A stretch of DNA of 64,000 nucleotides. Origin: Gammaproteobacteria bacterium. GTDB taxonomy: Bacteria; Pseudomonadota; Gammaproteobacteria; SKWO01. The position numbers were made by a program, and so were the translations under genes. The stretch is taken from positions 4,477 to 68,476 of the forward strand of contig SKWO01000001.1 of NCBI GenBank assembly GCA_007128895.1, in the 5' to 3' direction. The notes beneath the pieces are model-generated. The model was not told the origin of the DNA, did not search any database, and saw only the letters and a program-made list of their open reading frames with translations. Below, one piece after another: positions 1 through 7,984 of the stretch; position 1 is the stretch's first letter; the number at the start of each line of letters is the position of its first letter.

Positions 1-334
1 CCTCGAACTCACGGTTGGCCAGCACGACAGAGACCGGTCGATGGGGCACGAGTGCCTGTGCGCGCTTCAGTATGTTCGCGCCCAAGGTGGCCGGGCAATC
101 ATCGTCGGCATCCAGCAGCACCAGGATCCATCCATTTTCACCGCATTTTGCGGCCGCCAGCAGCAGGTGGCGTCGGAACTCTTCGTCACGGTTCAAGAAG
201 CGGTCCCGGTGTACGCGAATTGGCGGGGGGACGTCAGGATAGGTCTGGGACGGTCGCCATTGTGTCATTCGCCGCAGCAGAACCGGCAATGCCGCGACCT
301 CGCCATCACCTTCGACAATGCATGCGATCCTCAT
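1..334 (-). CDS. DUF4276-like small protein with Toprim-like motifs (partial; C-terminus lies outside the window)
   Basis: Minus-strand frame is open from the ATG at 334-332 to the window edge. It translates as MRIACIVEGDGEVAALPVLL...ENGWILVLLDADDDCP..., i.e. a conserved Glu in 'IVEGDGE' and a DxD in 'LLDADDD', as in Toprim/OLD-type nuclease folds. Its start overlaps the stop of the upstream ATPase gene by 4 nt (ATGA). About 63% GC. Confidence 0.5.
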   Translation of the reverse strand, partial: MRIACIVEGDGEVAALPVLLRRMTQWRPSQTYPDVPPPIRVHRDRFLNRDEEFRRHLLLAAAKCGENGWILVLLDADDDCPATLGANILKRAQALVPHRPVSVVLANREFE

Positions 335-1581
335 GCTTCGCTATCCCCGAACAAATCGGTCTGACGCCGCTCCTGCTCGGCAAGGAATTGACGATCCGGT
401 GCGAGCTGATTGAGTCGCAACAGCTCTCCAGCAGAGAATAGGTGTTGGCGGATGGCCTCGCGCGAGGCTTCATCGAGCGGCGCGATACGGGTCTCTCCTC
501 CCTCCGAAACAACGGACATGACGACATCGGTTGGTATGTCGCGATCATCAAGCAAGTCCGGGCTGTGGCTGGTCACGATGACTTGCGTATGCCCGGCGGC
601 ACGTGCGAGCGCCTCGCGCAAGGCGGCACTTGCGGCCGGATGCAGTGCGGTCTCGGGCTCCTCGATACCCACCATGGTAGGTGAATAGTCTTGGTTGCCC
701 TGGAATAGAGCGACCAGAATACCCAAGGCGCGCAGGGTGCCATCCGACATATTTTGCGCAAGAAAGCGCCATGGGTGTTTGGAGCCGGCCATGTCCTGCC
801 GAAACTCCAGACTTTCCATGGGGCCGACCTGCTTGCGTTCGACACCATGCACCATCGGTACCACGGTTTGCAGATAGTCCTGGATGAGGCTCAGCTGCTC
901 GATGCCGACCCGCTCCAGATGGCCGAGCACGCTGGCAATGTTTTCCCCAGCCGGCTTGAGTAAGCGACCCTCCTGCGGTTTTTGCAGCTCACGCATCAGC
1001 TTCGGATTGAGGTTGTAGAAGCTCATCGATGACAATGCATCGAATACGGGCCGAAAGGCGGTGAGGCCCGAGGCGGCCACCAGTGCCAAGCGGTCAGATG
1101 TGACAGATGGAAACGTGGCTTCACTGGTGTCCCGCACTTTGCCACGATCAATCCGAAAAAAAGGGCCTTTTCCAATACCTGCAATGACGCACTCTTCTGT
1201 CTGGACCTCGTACCCTCCCCCTTTGAGGGCACCCACGTTGAAAGCAAAATGCCCTTGCCGACCATCCGGCAAGGTAAATTCAAGGCGTATGCCGAAGTGC
1301 GTGGGATGGCCACTGGAGCGTCGGCGCACCTCGTTCAACCCCCCACGTTCGTTCAGCGCGTTATCCAGGGAGCCATTGAGTGCATCGCGCACTAAGTGCA
1401 GCGCATCGATAAAGTTGCTCTTGCCTGCGCCGTTTGGCCCCACCAAATAGGTCAACGCGCCGAGGCGCACATCGCAAAAGCCAATGCTCTTGTAATTTCG
1501 GAGAATAACGCGGTGAACGAAAAGTGGATGACTCACAAGACCTCCCCTGTGGGTGTGTACTTGAGGATAGCGTACCGCCAC
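331..1581 (-). CDS. AAA15/ABC-type (SMC-like) ATPase, OLD/PARIS-AriA-like
   Basis: 416-aa ORF with a Walker A (LVGPNGAGKSNFIDAL) near the N-terminus and a long insert. Near the C-terminus there is an ABC-signature/Walker B-like region (MVGIEEPETALHP) and a D-loop/H-motif (VIVTSHSPDLL). GC is about 52-55%, against about 72% in the neighbouring ubi genes. Confidence 0.75.
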   Translation of the reverse strand: MAVRYPQVHTHRGGLVSHPLFVHRVILRNYKSIGFCDVRLGALTYLVGPNGAGKSNFIDALHLVRDALNGSLDNALNERGGLNEVRRRSSGHPTHFGIRLEFTLPDGRQGHFAFNVGALKGGGYEVQTEECVIAGIGKGPFFRIDRGKVRDTSEATFPSVTSDRLALVAASGLTAFRPVFDALSSMSFYNLNPKLMRELQKPQEGRLLKPAGENIASVLGHLERVGIEQLSLIQDYLQTVVPMVHGVERKQVGPMESLEFRQDMAGSKHPWRFLAQNMSDGTLRALGILVALFQGNQDYSPTMVGIEEPETALHPAASAALREALARAAGHTQVIVTSHSPDLLDDRDIPTDVVMSVVSEGGETRIAPLDEASREAIRQHLFSAGELLRLNQLAPDRQFLAEQERRQTDLFGDSEA

Positions 1582-1661
1582 AGCGCCGAACCATTGCGTT
1601 CACTGTTCATGTGTTACTTCCAGTAATAGCATCGATTAGCTTGGCTGGTTCCACATCAACT

Positions 1662-2891
1662 CTACCCGCCGGATGACTTGACCACCCTCGGCAGGTCGCC
1701 GCTCAGCCCCATGGCGCGGCGGATCATCGGCTTCTTGATCGGTTCGGCGCGGTCGAGCAGGCGCAGGCCGGTGCCGCGCAGGGCGGTGAAGGGGGTGGCG
1801 TCGACGGCGAAGAGGCGCTTGATCGCCTCCATGGCGAGCTGCACGGTGAGGTTGTCGCCCTTGCGCCAGCGTTCGTAGCGGCGCAGGACGGCGTGGTCGC
1901 CGATCTCGCGGCCGCTGCGGTGGGCCTCGCCGATCACCTCGGCCAGTGCGGCGGCGTCGAGCAGGCCGATGTTGACGCCCTGCCCGGCGAGCGGATGGAT
2001 GCGGTGGGCGGCGTCGCCGACCAGGGCGAGGCGGGGCCGGGTGTAGTGGTGCGCGTGGTGCGGCACAAGCGGCCAGACGGCGCGTTCGCCGCACGCCTCG
2101 ACGGCGCCGAAGCGGTGCTCCAGTGCGGCGCCCAGTTCGGCGCAGAAGACGGCCTCGTCCATCGCGGCGAGCGCTTCGGCGCGCTCGGGGGTGGTCGACC
2201 AGACGATCGAGGCGTGGTGCGGGTCGAAACCGAGAAAGCCGACCGGCCCGTCGGGGAGGAAGCGCTGGTAGCAGCTGTTCTGGTGCGACTCGGCGCAGCG
2301 TACCCAGGTGACCACGGCGTGGTGGTCGCCGTGCCAGCCCCAGGTGGTCAGGCCGGCCAGCTCGCGGATGCGTGAGCGGCCGCCGTCGGCAGCGACCAGC
2401 AGCGGCGCGGCGAGGTGGCGGCCGTCGTCCAGGCGCAGCCGCGCGGCGTCGCTGTCGAGGTGGAGGGCGGCCGGCTCGGCCGGGGCGATCAGGTGGATGT
2501 TGCGGTGTTCGGCCAGCCGTTCGCGCAGGGCGGCGAGGATCACGCGGTTTTCGACGATGTGGCCGAGGTCGGGGGTACCGGCGTCGGCGCTGTCGAAGTG
2601 GAGCCGCGCGCCGCTGCCGGCATCGCGCACCTCCATGGTGCGGTAGGGGAAGACGCGCCGTGCCTGCATGCCGCGCCAGGCGCCGATGGCGACAAAGAGG
2701 CGTCGCGTCGCCTCGGTAATCGCGCTGGTGCGGGTCGCGTAGGTCGCCGGGAAGGGCTCGAGGGGTGCGCCGTCGCGGTCGATCACGGCGACCTCGAGGC
2801 CGTGGCCGGAGAGCAGGCAGGCGAGCGCACTGCCGACCATGCCGCCACCGGCAATGATGACGTCGTAACGCTGCTCGTGCAGCGGGCTCAC
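1662..2891 (-). CDS. ubiI: FAD-dependent ubiquinone-biosynthesis hydroxylase, UbiH/UbiF/VisC(UbiI) family
   Basis: 409 aa with the N-terminal Rossmann motif DVIIAGGGMVGSALA. It is the second of two tandem paralogs downstream of pepP-ubiH, matching the E. coli pepP-ubiH-visC order. Confidence 0.75.
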   Translation of the reverse strand: MSPLHEQRYDVIIAGGGMVGSALACLLSGHGLEVAVIDRDGAPLEPFPATYATRTSAITEATRRLFVAIGAWRGMQARRVFPYRTMEVRDAGSGARLHFDSADAGTPDLGHIVENRVILAALRERLAEHRNIHLIAPAEPAALHLDSDAARLRLDDGRHLAAPLLVAADGGRSRIRELAGLTTWGWHGDHHAVVTWVRCAESHQNSCYQRFLPDGPVGFLGFDPHHASIVWSTTPERAEALAAMDEAVFCAELGAALEHRFGAVEACGERAVWPLVPHHAHHYTRPRLALVGDAAHRIHPLAGQGVNIGLLDAAALAEVIGEAHRSGREIGDHAVLRRYERWRKGDNLTVQLAMEAIKRLFAVDATPFTALRGTGLRLLDRAEPIKKPMIRRAMGLSGDLPRVVKSSGG

Positions 2892-4129
2892 AGCGGCAGC
2901 CCCCGTGCCGGTCGCGTCTGCCGCCCGGCCAGCCCCATGGCGTGCTCCATCAGCAGCCGCTTGAGCGGCGGCAGCAGGTCGAGGCCGAAGAGGCCAGCGT
3001 TGCGCAGCGCCGCCAGCGGCGGCAGGTTGTTGGAGAAGAGGCCGACCATGGTGTCGGTAAAGCGCACGGTGCGCCGGTAGTCGGCGCTACGCCCGGCCGC
3101 GTAGCGCTCAAGCAGGTCGGGGGCGCCGGGGTCGTGGCCGGCGCGCAGGCCGTCGATGACCGCTTCGGCCAGTGCGGCGGCGTCGCGCAGGCCGAGGTTG
3201 TAGCCCTGACCGCCGACCGGGTGGACGGCGTGGGCAGCGTTTCCGACCAGTGCCAGACGCGGGCCGACCGGCTGTTCGACGAGCTGCAGCGCAAGCGGGT
3301 AGGCGTGGCGGCCGTGGAGTTCGAGCGCCTCGCCGAGCAGACGGCCGGAGCGGCGCGTCAGGCGGGCAAGGAAGTCGGCCTCGTCCAGCGCCAGCAGCCC
3401 CTCGACCTCGTCGCTGCGCGCACTCCAGACCAGCGAGCAGCGATCGCGACCGTCGAGCGGCAGCAGCGCCAGCGGGCCGGTCTCGGTAAAGCGCTCGAAG
3501 GCGCAGCCGCGGTGGGGGCGCGCCATGCGCACCTCGGCGATCACCGCGCTCTGGCCGTAGTCGCGGCTCTGCGGCTCGATCCCGGCTAACGCGCGCACGG
3601 CGGAGCGGCCGCCGTCGGCGGCGACGAGCAGGCGGGCGCTCACCCGGCGTGCCTCGCCGGCGTGCTGCAGGGTAACCACGGCGCGCTCGTCCTCGATGGC
3701 TAGCGCCTGCGGCTGCGCCGGGGTGATCACCTCGACCGTCGGCAGTGTCTGCAGGCGCTGCGCCAGTGCGTTGCCGAGGGTGCGGTTGCGCACCACGTAG
3801 CCGAGCGCCGGCACCCCGGCCTCGCGGGCGCTCAGCCGAGTGACGCCGAAGTGGCCGCGATCGGAGACGTGGATCGCGCCGATCGGCTCGGCGCCGCCGG
3901 CCTCGACCCCCGGCCAGACACCGATGCCGTCGAGGATGCAGCGCGACCCCCACGCCAGCGCACTGGCGCGGCCGTCGTAGCTCGGCTGGTCGCTGGCGTC
4001 GAACGGCACCGCCTCGACCAGGCCGATGCGTGGCGCATCGGCACAGCCGCCCAGGGCGCAGGCGAGGCTGGCGCCGACCAGGCCGCCGCCGACGATGAGC
4101 AGATCAAACTCGCACTCAGCGCCCTTCAC
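2888..4129 (-). CDS. ubiH: 2-octaprenyl-6-methoxyphenol hydroxylase, UbiH family
   Basis: 413 aa with the FAD-binding motif DLLIVGGGLVGASLA. It overlaps pepP by 14 nt and sits in the UbiH position of the conserved operon. Confidence 0.75.
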   Translation of the reverse strand: MKGAECEFDLLIVGGGLVGASLACALGGCADAPRIGLVEAVPFDASDQPSYDGRASALAWGSRCILDGIGVWPGVEAGGAEPIGAIHVSDRGHFGVTRLSAREAGVPALGYVVRNRTLGNALAQRLQTLPTVEVITPAQPQALAIEDERAVVTLQHAGEARRVSARLLVAADGGRSAVRALAGIEPQSRDYGQSAVIAEVRMARPHRGCAFERFTETGPLALLPLDGRDRCSLVWSARSDEVEGLLALDEADFLARLTRRSGRLLGEALELHGRHAYPLALQLVEQPVGPRLALVGNAAHAVHPVGGQGYNLGLRDAAALAEAVIDGLRAGHDPGAPDLLERYAAGRSADYRRTVRFTDTMVGLFSNNLPPLAALRNAGLFGLDLLPPLKRLLMEHAMGLAGRQTRPARGLPL

Positions 4130-5438
4130 CCATCAGCTCCTCGATCGCATCGGGCGCCTTCGGCGCCTCCTCGGTCAGCACCTCGCAGCCGTCGCGGGTG
4201 ACCACCACGTCGTCCTCGATACGCACACCGATGTGGTGCCAGCGGGGGTCAAGCCCCTCGATATCGGCCGGGAAGTAAAGCGCCGGCTCGACCGTGAGCG
4301 CCATGCCGGGGCGCAGTTCGCGCCACTGGCCCGCCTGCTGGTACTCGCCGACGTCGTGGACATCGAGGCCGAGCCAGTGGCCGGTGCGGTGCATGTAGTA
4401 CGGCTTGTACGCCGCCTGCTCGATCAGGTCATCGACGCTGCCGCGCAGGATCTTCAGCTCGACCAGCCCCTCGGTGAGGACACGCACCGCCGCCTCGTGC
4501 GGCCGGTTCCAGTCGTGGCCGGGGCGGACCGCCTCGATCGCCGCCTGCTGCGCCGCCAGGACCAGCTCGGTAATGGCGCGCTGCGGGCCGCTGAAGCGGC
4601 CATTGACCGGGAAGGTGCGGGTGATGTCGGCGGCGTAGTGGTCGTACTCGCCGCCGGCATCGATCAGCAGCAGGTCACCGTCGGCGAGCACGGCGCGGTT
4701 GTCGTGGTAGTGGAGCACGCAGGCATTGGCGCCGCCGGCGACGATCGACGGGTAGGCCGGGGCGCGGCAGCCGTGGCGCACGAACTCGTGCAGCAGCTCG
4801 GCCTCGATCTGGTACTCGGCCATGCCGGGGCGGGTGGTGCGCATGGCGCGCACATGGGCGGCGGCGGAGATCCGCGCCGCATGCCGCATGCGCTGCAGCT
4901 CGTCACGCCCCTTGATCAGCCGCATCTCGTGCAGCAGCGCCTGCGGCGCGATGATCGCCTCCGGGGCGTGGACGCCGGCACGGCTGCGCGCCCGCACCGC
5001 ATCCAGGGCGTCGAGCACGGTGCGGTCGAGCGCGGCATCGACATTCAGCGCATGGTAGACGGCGTGGCGCCCGGCGAGCAGCTCCGGCAGCCGTTCGGCG
5101 AAGGTCTCGATCGGCTCGGCGGCGTCGAGGCCGTAGTCGGCCACCGCCCCCTCGGGGCCGCTGCGCACCCCCTCCCAGCGCTCGCGCTCGGGGTCACGCG
5201 GGCGGCAGAAGAGCAGCGCCTCGCCCTCGTCACGCCCCGGCGCCAGCACCAGAATCGCCTCCGGCTCGACAAAGCCGGTCAGGTACCAGAAGTCGCTGGC
5301 CTGGCGGTAGGGGTAGCTGGTGGTGCCGTTGCGCGGCCGCTCCGGGGCCGCCGGCAGGATGGCGATGGCGTCACGCCCCATGCGCCGCATCAGGCGGCGG
5401 CGGCGGGTGGCGAACGCCTTGTGGGCGTTCGTGCTCAA
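4116..5438 (-). CDS. pepP: Xaa-Pro aminopeptidase
   Basis: 440 aa M24B family with a creatinase N-terminal domain and metal ligands in the HxxGHxxGLDVHD and E...E pattern. Synteny is ygfB-pepP-ubiH. Confidence 0.85.
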   Translation of the reverse strand: MSTNAHKAFATRRRRLMRRMGRDAIAILPAAPERPRNGTTSYPYRQASDFWYLTGFVEPEAILVLAPGRDEGEALLFCRPRDPERERWEGVRSGPEGAVADYGLDAAEPIETFAERLPELLAGRHAVYHALNVDAALDRTVLDALDAVRARSRAGVHAPEAIIAPQALLHEMRLIKGRDELQRMRHAARISAAAHVRAMRTTRPGMAEYQIEAELLHEFVRHGCRAPAYPSIVAGGANACVLHYHDNRAVLADGDLLLIDAGGEYDHYAADITRTFPVNGRFSGPQRAITELVLAAQQAAIEAVRPGHDWNRPHEAAVRVLTEGLVELKILRGSVDDLIEQAAYKPYYMHRTGHWLGLDVHDVGEYQQAGQWRELRPGMALTVEPALYFPADIEGLDPRWHHIGVRIEDDVVVTRDGCEVLTEEAPKAPDAIEELMGEGR

Positions 5439-6031
5439 TGCAGGGTCACGTCCGCCGGCCGCGGCGCCGCGCGGGTCGGGTTGAGCTCTTCGTTGATCAG
5501 CAGGATACCGACACGCAGGTACTCGACAATCTCGGCAAAGGCCTGCTCATCCTCCTCGCTGCCGTCGATCGTGTAGTCGTCCCCGAGACTGGCCATGCCG
5601 GCCAGATCGCGCACCAGCTCGCCGGCATCGCCCGGCAGCGTCATCGGATCGCGCCGCCCCTCGTGGCCGAGGCCGACCAGAAAGCCGCGACACCAGTCGC
5701 CCAGCGCCGAGGCACGCTCGACCAGCGGGCGCGCCTCGTGCGGCAGCAGCGGTTCGAAGCCGAGCGCACTGTCGGTGAGCTGGTGGCGAGTGGCGGCGGC
5801 CAGTTGCACCATCTGCTGCAGCGACTCGCGCGCCAGCGCATCGGCCGGGTCGGGGCGAGGCCCGAGCAGATCGAGCCAGTGTGCATCGGCCACCTCGCCG
5901 CGGCCGCAGAGCAGACCGCACAGGGTGCCGTGCGATTCGGCAGGGCCGACCTCGGCCGCCAGCCGCGTCAACGCCTCGTCGATCTGCTGCCAGTCGGGCA
6001 GGGGGGTACTCGCGGAATCGGACACATTCAT
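5435..6031 (-). CDS. ygfB: UPF0149/YgfB family protein
   Basis: 198 aa. It aligns with E. coli YgfB across the conserved stretches (AESHGTLCG, GFLVGLG, EIVEYLRV, C-terminal TLH) and lies upstream of pepP as in enterics. Confidence 0.75.
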   Translation of the reverse strand: MNVSDSASTPLPDWQQIDEALTRLAAEVGPAESHGTLCGLLCGRGEVADAHWLDLLGPRPDPADALARESLQQMVQLAAATRHQLTDSALGFEPLLPHEARPLVERASALGDWCRGFLVGLGHEGRRDPMTLPGDAGELVRDLAGMASLGDDYTIDGSEEDEQAFAEIVEYLRVGILLINEELNPTRAAPRPADVTLH

Positions 6032-6133
6032 GGCTCCGATAATATAATAAGGTCCGCTTCGCCGCCACCGGCCCCGATTGACCGTGCCCGGTGGCCGTTC
6101 TATAGTGATCGCATCCCCACCCGGAGTGTCGGC

Positions 6134-6367
6134 ATGTCCAGTGATCCCCTCTCTCTCGAACAGGCCGTACGCGACCTGGAGCAGCGCGTCAGTGCGCTCT
6201 TCGAGGTGATCGAGACGCTGACCGTGGAGAACCGCGGCCTGCGCCAGGCCAAGGCGACCCTGGCCGAGGAGCGCACCCAGTTGCAGACGCGCAACGAGGA
6301 GGCACGCGCCCGCCTGAACGCCCTGATCGCACGCCTGGCCGAACTGGAGGAGAGCCCGGAGTCATGA
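6134..6367 (+). CDS. Small coiled-coil protein (TIGR02449/ZapB-like) upstream of zapA
   Basis: 77-aa heptad-rich sequence (LEQRVSALFEVIETLTVENRGLRQAKATLAEER...) ending 4 nt into zapA. The start was trimmed from a long artefactual ORF to the Met at 6134. Confidence 0.5.
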   Translation: MSSDPLSLEQAVRDLEQRVSALFEVIETLTVENRGLRQAKATLAEERTQLQTRNEEARARLNALIARLAELEESPES

Positions 6368-6681
6368 ATCAGCCCGCCGCCACCGTCTCGGTACCGGTCA
6401 CCATCCTGGGCAAGGAGTACATCGTCGCCTGCCCGGAGTCGCAGCGTGCGGCACTGGTCGAGTCGGCCCAACTGCTCGATCGCCAGATGCGCGATATCCG
6501 CGATCGTGGCAAGGTGCTCGGGGTCGATCGCATCGCCGTGATGGCCGCGCTCAACCTCGCCCACCAACTGATCGACCTGCGCGAACGCGCCAGCGAGCAG
6601 GAGAGCCTCTCGGTCCGCCTGCGCAACCTGAACAAGCGCATCGATACCGTCTTGCAAAAGAGCGCGCAACTGGAGCTATAA
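6364..6681 (+). CDS. zapA: Cell division protein ZapA
   Basis: 105 aa with the ZapA-like N-terminus (VTILGKEYIVACP...). It is followed by a 6S RNA and ygfA, the canonical zapA-ssrS-ygfA arrangement. Confidence 0.75.
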   Translation: MNQPAATVSVPVTILGKEYIVACPESQRAALVESAQLLDRQMRDIRDRGKVLGVDRIAVMAALNLAHQLIDLRERASEQESLSVRLRNLNKRIDTVLQKSAQLEL

Positions 6682-6687
6682 TGGTTC

Positions 6688-6888
6688 TCAAGGGGCGCCC
6701 TCTGCGGTGTTCGTGAGCTGACCGGGTATTTTCTTGAGCCTAATTCCATACCCCGGGGTGGCGTGTTCGACTGCTGTGTGCATGTCCGCCGCGTTGCGGA
6801 AAGCCTGACGCAACGACAACCACCCCACTTGAACCCCTGGTTCAAGGACGATGGTCACCACGGCACAGGCGGTCGGCGCCCTCTACCC
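6688..6888 (+). ncRNA. ssrS: 6S RNA (SsrS)
   Basis: Clear primary-sequence similarity to E. coli 6S RNA. Matches include GAGCCUAAUUCCAUACC against GAGCCGAUAUUUCAUACC, GCGGAAAGCCUGACGCAACGACAACCACCCCACUUGAACCCCUGGUUCAAGG against GAGAAGCCUUAAAACUGCGACGACACAUUCACCUUGAACCAAGGGUUCAAGG, and a GGCGGUCGGCGCC 3' tail. It sits between zapA and the 5-formyl-THF cyclo-ligase gene. Ends are approximate. Confidence 0.75.
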
Positions 6889-6911
6889 CTCATCTTCACC
6901 CCCAAACCGCC

Positions 6912-7517
6912 ATGGATGACCGCGCACAACTTCGGCGCCGCATGCGCACCGCCCGGCGCGCACTCACGCCGCACCAGCAGCGTCAGGCAGCCGAGGCGCT
7001 GGTCAAGCGGCTGCTCCGCCTGCCGGCCGTGCGGCGCGCCCGGCGTGTCGCTCTCTACCTGCCCAATGACGGCGAGATCGACCCGACCGGGCTGATCGCA
7101 CCATTGCATGCACGCGGCACCCGGCTCGCCCTGCCGCTGCTCGCCCCGCTCGGCCAGGGGCGGCTCTGGTTTCTGCCGTGGCAGCCGGGTGAACCGCTCT
7201 CGGCCAATCGCTTCGGCATCCCGGAACCGGCCTGCAGCCGCCGTCGGCGGCTGCCCGACTGGCATCTCGATCTGGTCCTCCTGCCGCTGGTCGCCTTCGA
7301 CGCCAATGGCAACCGGCTCGGCATGGGCGGCGGCTTCTACGACCGCACCTTCGCCCGCCTGGCCAGCCGCCGCCACTGGCGCCGCCCACGCCTGATCGGC
7401 ATCGCCCACCACTTCCAGCAGACCGACGCCCTGCCGCAGCAGCCGTGGGACGTCCCGCTCGACGCCGTGGTCACCGACCGCGCCCTGCACCCCATCTCAA
7501 GGAGCCCTCACCCATGA
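6912..7517 (+). CDS. ygfA: 5-formyltetrahydrofolate cyclo-ligase
   Basis: 201-aa 5-FTHF cyclo-ligase family protein (GIPEPA...LDLVLLPLVAFDANGNRLGMGGGFYDRT). It is the conserved partner downstream of ssrS. Confidence 0.8.
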   Translation: MDDRAQLRRRMRTARRALTPHQQRQAAEALVKRLLRLPAVRRARRVALYLPNDGEIDPTGLIAPLHARGTRLALPLLAPLGQGRLWFLPWQPGEPLSANRFGIPEPACSRRRRLPDWHLDLVLLPLVAFDANGNRLGMGGGFYDRTFARLASRRHWRRPRLIGIAHHFQQTDALPQQPWDVPLDAVVTDRALHPISRSPHP

Positions 7518-7984
7518 ACTACTGGCTGATGAAATCGGAGCCCGACACCTTCGGTATCGACGACCTGGCCGCCCGCCCGGAGCAGACCGAGCCGTGGGAC
7601 GGGGTGCGCAACTACCAGGCGCGCAACATGATGCGCGACGCGATGCGCCTGGGTGACCGCGTCCTCTTCTACCACTCCAACTGCAAGCCGCCCGGCATCG
7701 TCGGTACGATGGAGGTGGTGCGCGAAGGCTACCCCGACGACACGGCGTGGGACCCGCAGCACAAGTACTTCGACCCCAAGAGCAGCCCGGACAAGCCGCG
7801 CTGGTATCGCGTCGATGTGCGCCTGCTGGAGCGCTTTCCGCGCCTGGTCTCGCTGGACGAGCTGCGCAGCCGACCGGAGCTGGCCGAGATGCGCATCCTG
7901 CAGCGCGGCAACCGCCTCTCGATCACCCCGGTCAGTGCCGAGGAGTGGCAGATCATCCACGAAATTGCGGCTATCGCGTCGTGA
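7514..7984 (+). CDS. EVE (PUA-like) domain protein
   Basis: 156 aa beginning MNYWLMKSEPDTFGIDDL...WDGVRNYQARNMMRDAMRLGDRVLFYHSN..., the canonical EVE/Thy28-like pattern. Its ATG overlaps the ygfA stop (ATGA), implying translational coupling. Confidence 0.75.
   Translation: MNYWLMKSEPDTFGIDDLAARPEQTEPWDGVRNYQARNMMRDAMRLGDRVLFYHSNCKPPGIVGTMEVVREGYPDDTAWDPQHKYFDPKSSPDKPRWYRVDVRLLERFPRLVSLDELRSRPELAEMRILQRGNRLSITPVSAEEWQIIHEIAAIAS

Noticed and set aside
1636-5576. Numerous long ORFs overlapping or antisense to ubiI, ubiH and pepP (e.g. 1636-2094 -, 2415-3080 +, 3108-3953 -, 4026-5576 +).
   Set aside because: Arg/Ala/Pro/Gly-rich low-complexity translations typical of off-frame reading in 70%-GC DNA. 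The sense frames have clear homology.
5438-6367. 309-aa ORF spanning ygfB on the antisense strand and ending at zapA.
   Set aside because: Only the last 77 codons (from the Met at 6134) form a plausible coiled-coil gene. The upstream portion is antisense to ygfB.
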